A stretch of DNA of 32,000 nucleotides from Blochmannia endosymbiont of Camponotus modoc (GTDB lineage Bacteria > Pseudomonadota > Gammaproteobacteria > Enterobacterales > Enterobacteriaceae): positions 60,001 to 92,000 of the forward strand of contig NZ_CP097765.1 of assembly GCF_023585785.1 (NCBI RefSeq), read 5' to 3'. Shown in pieces: positions 31,258 to 32,000 of the stretch. The notes beneath the pieces were generated by a model. That model ran no database searches, was not told the origin of the DNA, and saw only the letters and a list, made by a program, of their open reading frames with translations. Position numbers and translations under genes: made by a program. How positions within the stretch are numbered: position 1 is the stretch's first letter; each line of letters starts with the position of its first letter.

Positions 31258-32000
31258 ATGAATATATTAGCGGTAGTATTTCCAGGACAGGCAGCTCAAC
31301 AAGTAGGGATGCTAAACACTCTTTCGGAACATTATCCGTTAGTAAAAGAGACTTTTTCTGAAGTATCGGAGGTTCTAGGTTATGATATATGGAAATTGGT
31401 ACAACGTGGGCCTGCTACAGAATTAAATAAAACTTATCGAGCACAGCCGGCTATTTTAACAGCTTCAGTAGCTATTTGGAGAATATGGAAACAACAGGGA
31501 GGTTGTACACCAAAGATAATGGCTGGTCATAGTTTAGGAGAATATTCTGCTTTAGTATGCGCGGAAGGTATGGATTTGCATTCTGCAGTTAAATTAGTAA
31601 TGATACGTGGTATGTTGATGCAAGAAGTAGTACCGTATGGACGTGGAGCTATGTCTGTAATTATCGGGCTCAGTGATGATGTTGTTTTTGAATTATGCAA
31701 AGCAGTACAACAAGATCAAATTGTTTCTCCTGCTAGTTTTAATGGGCCTGGACATGTAGTTATTGCCGGACATAAAGAAGCAGTAAATCGTGTCAATTTG
31801 TGTTGTAAAAATGCAGGTGCAAAACATATACTTATGCTGCCGATTAGTGTTCCATCGCATTGCTCATTAATGAAACCAGTAGTTGTAAAGTTCAGAAAAG
31901 AATTAGAAAAAATCGTTATCACTACTCCTAGAATACCAGTAGTAAATAATGTTGATGCGTGTGTTGAGTGGGAACCTAAAGATATTCGTAATGCATTAAT
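31258..32000 (+). CDS. fabD: malonyl-CoA-ACP transacylase, N-terminal about 247 aa (runs off the window)
   Basis: Hand translation from ATG 31258 gives MNILAVVFPGQAAQQVGML..., then GHSLGEYSALVCA and SFNGPGHVVIAGHKEA, matching E. coli FabD. An in-frame ATG at 31237 is less likely, because GAGG at 31240-31243 then serves as the SD for 31258. Confidence 0.93.
   Translation, partial: MNILAVVFPGQAAQQVGMLNTLSEHYPLVKETFSEVSEVLGYDIWKLVQRGPATELNKTYRAQPAILTASVAIWRIWKQQGGCTPKIMAGHSLGEYSALVCAEGMDLHSAVKLVMIRGMLMQEVVPYGRGAMSVIIGLSDDVVFELCKAVQQDQIVSPASFNGPGHVVIAGHKEAVNRVNLCCKNAGAKHILMLPISVPSHCSLMKPVVVKFRKELEKIVITTPRIPVVNNVDACVEWEPKDIRNAL

Noticed and set aside
721-31922. Antisense or off-frame ORFs nested inside conserved genes: 721..912, 2160..2357, 3433..3642, 9133..9378, 12060..12245, 12867..13085, 13844..14050, 15308..15580, 26027..26236, 29186..29380, 30003..30242 and 31716..31922
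   Set aside because: Each lies entirely within a strongly supported housekeeping CDS, is 61-90 aa long, and has a low-complexity or odd composition with no start context. These are typical shadow ORFs.
1-32000. Search for CRISPR arrays, IS elements or transposases, integrases, prophage genes, toxin-antitoxin or defence systems, and rRNA genes
   Set aside because: I saw no regularly spaced direct repeats, no terminal inverted repeats flanking an ORF, and no ORF without a housekeeping identity. All long ORFs are accounted for by conserved core genes.

Overview
This window looks like part of a highly reduced, very AT-rich gammaproteobacterial (Enterobacterales-derived) obligate endosymbiont genome. 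It is Blochmannia-like in gene content, but I cannot confirm the organism without a database search. Every convincing ORF is a housekeeping gene with a clear E. coli orthologue (orthology and E. coli map positions are recalled from memory). The genes are a complete trpEGDCBA operon (trpA runs off the 5' edge), ribA, fabI, gloC/ycbL, aspC, asnS, fabA, hspQ, tusE, pgsA, a frameshifted L,D-transpeptidase, lpxL, rne, rluC, rpmF, plsX, fabH and fabD (runs off the 3' edge). There are also four tRNA genes: Ser-UGA, Lys-CUU, Cys-GCA and Leu-UAA. By my tally only about two thirds of the window is coding. The rest is AT-rich, C-poor spacer, including two gene-free blocks of about 3.1 kb and 1.8 kb on either side of ribA. 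I found no mobile elements, CRISPR arrays, toxin or defence genes, or any multi-gene system of unknown function, so I do not think this window holds a new protein-coding system. The observations worth a second look are these. (1) An L,D-transpeptidase gene is broken only by a +1 shift inside an A9 tract. (2) The gene deserts sit where E. coli carries more than ten genes each. (3) A lysT-type tRNA carries a CUU anticodon in a genome dominated by AAA codons. (4) No tRNA gene encodes CCA, and the tRNA-Ser leader and trailer are complementary. (5) Two statistically unexpected perfect palindromes (48 nt and 30 nt) lie downstream of genes. (6) RNase E has a shortened, drifted C-terminal tail that still ends in an arginine-rich motif. 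(7) All sampled spacers show a strong G>C skew on the + strand, although most genes are on the - strand.
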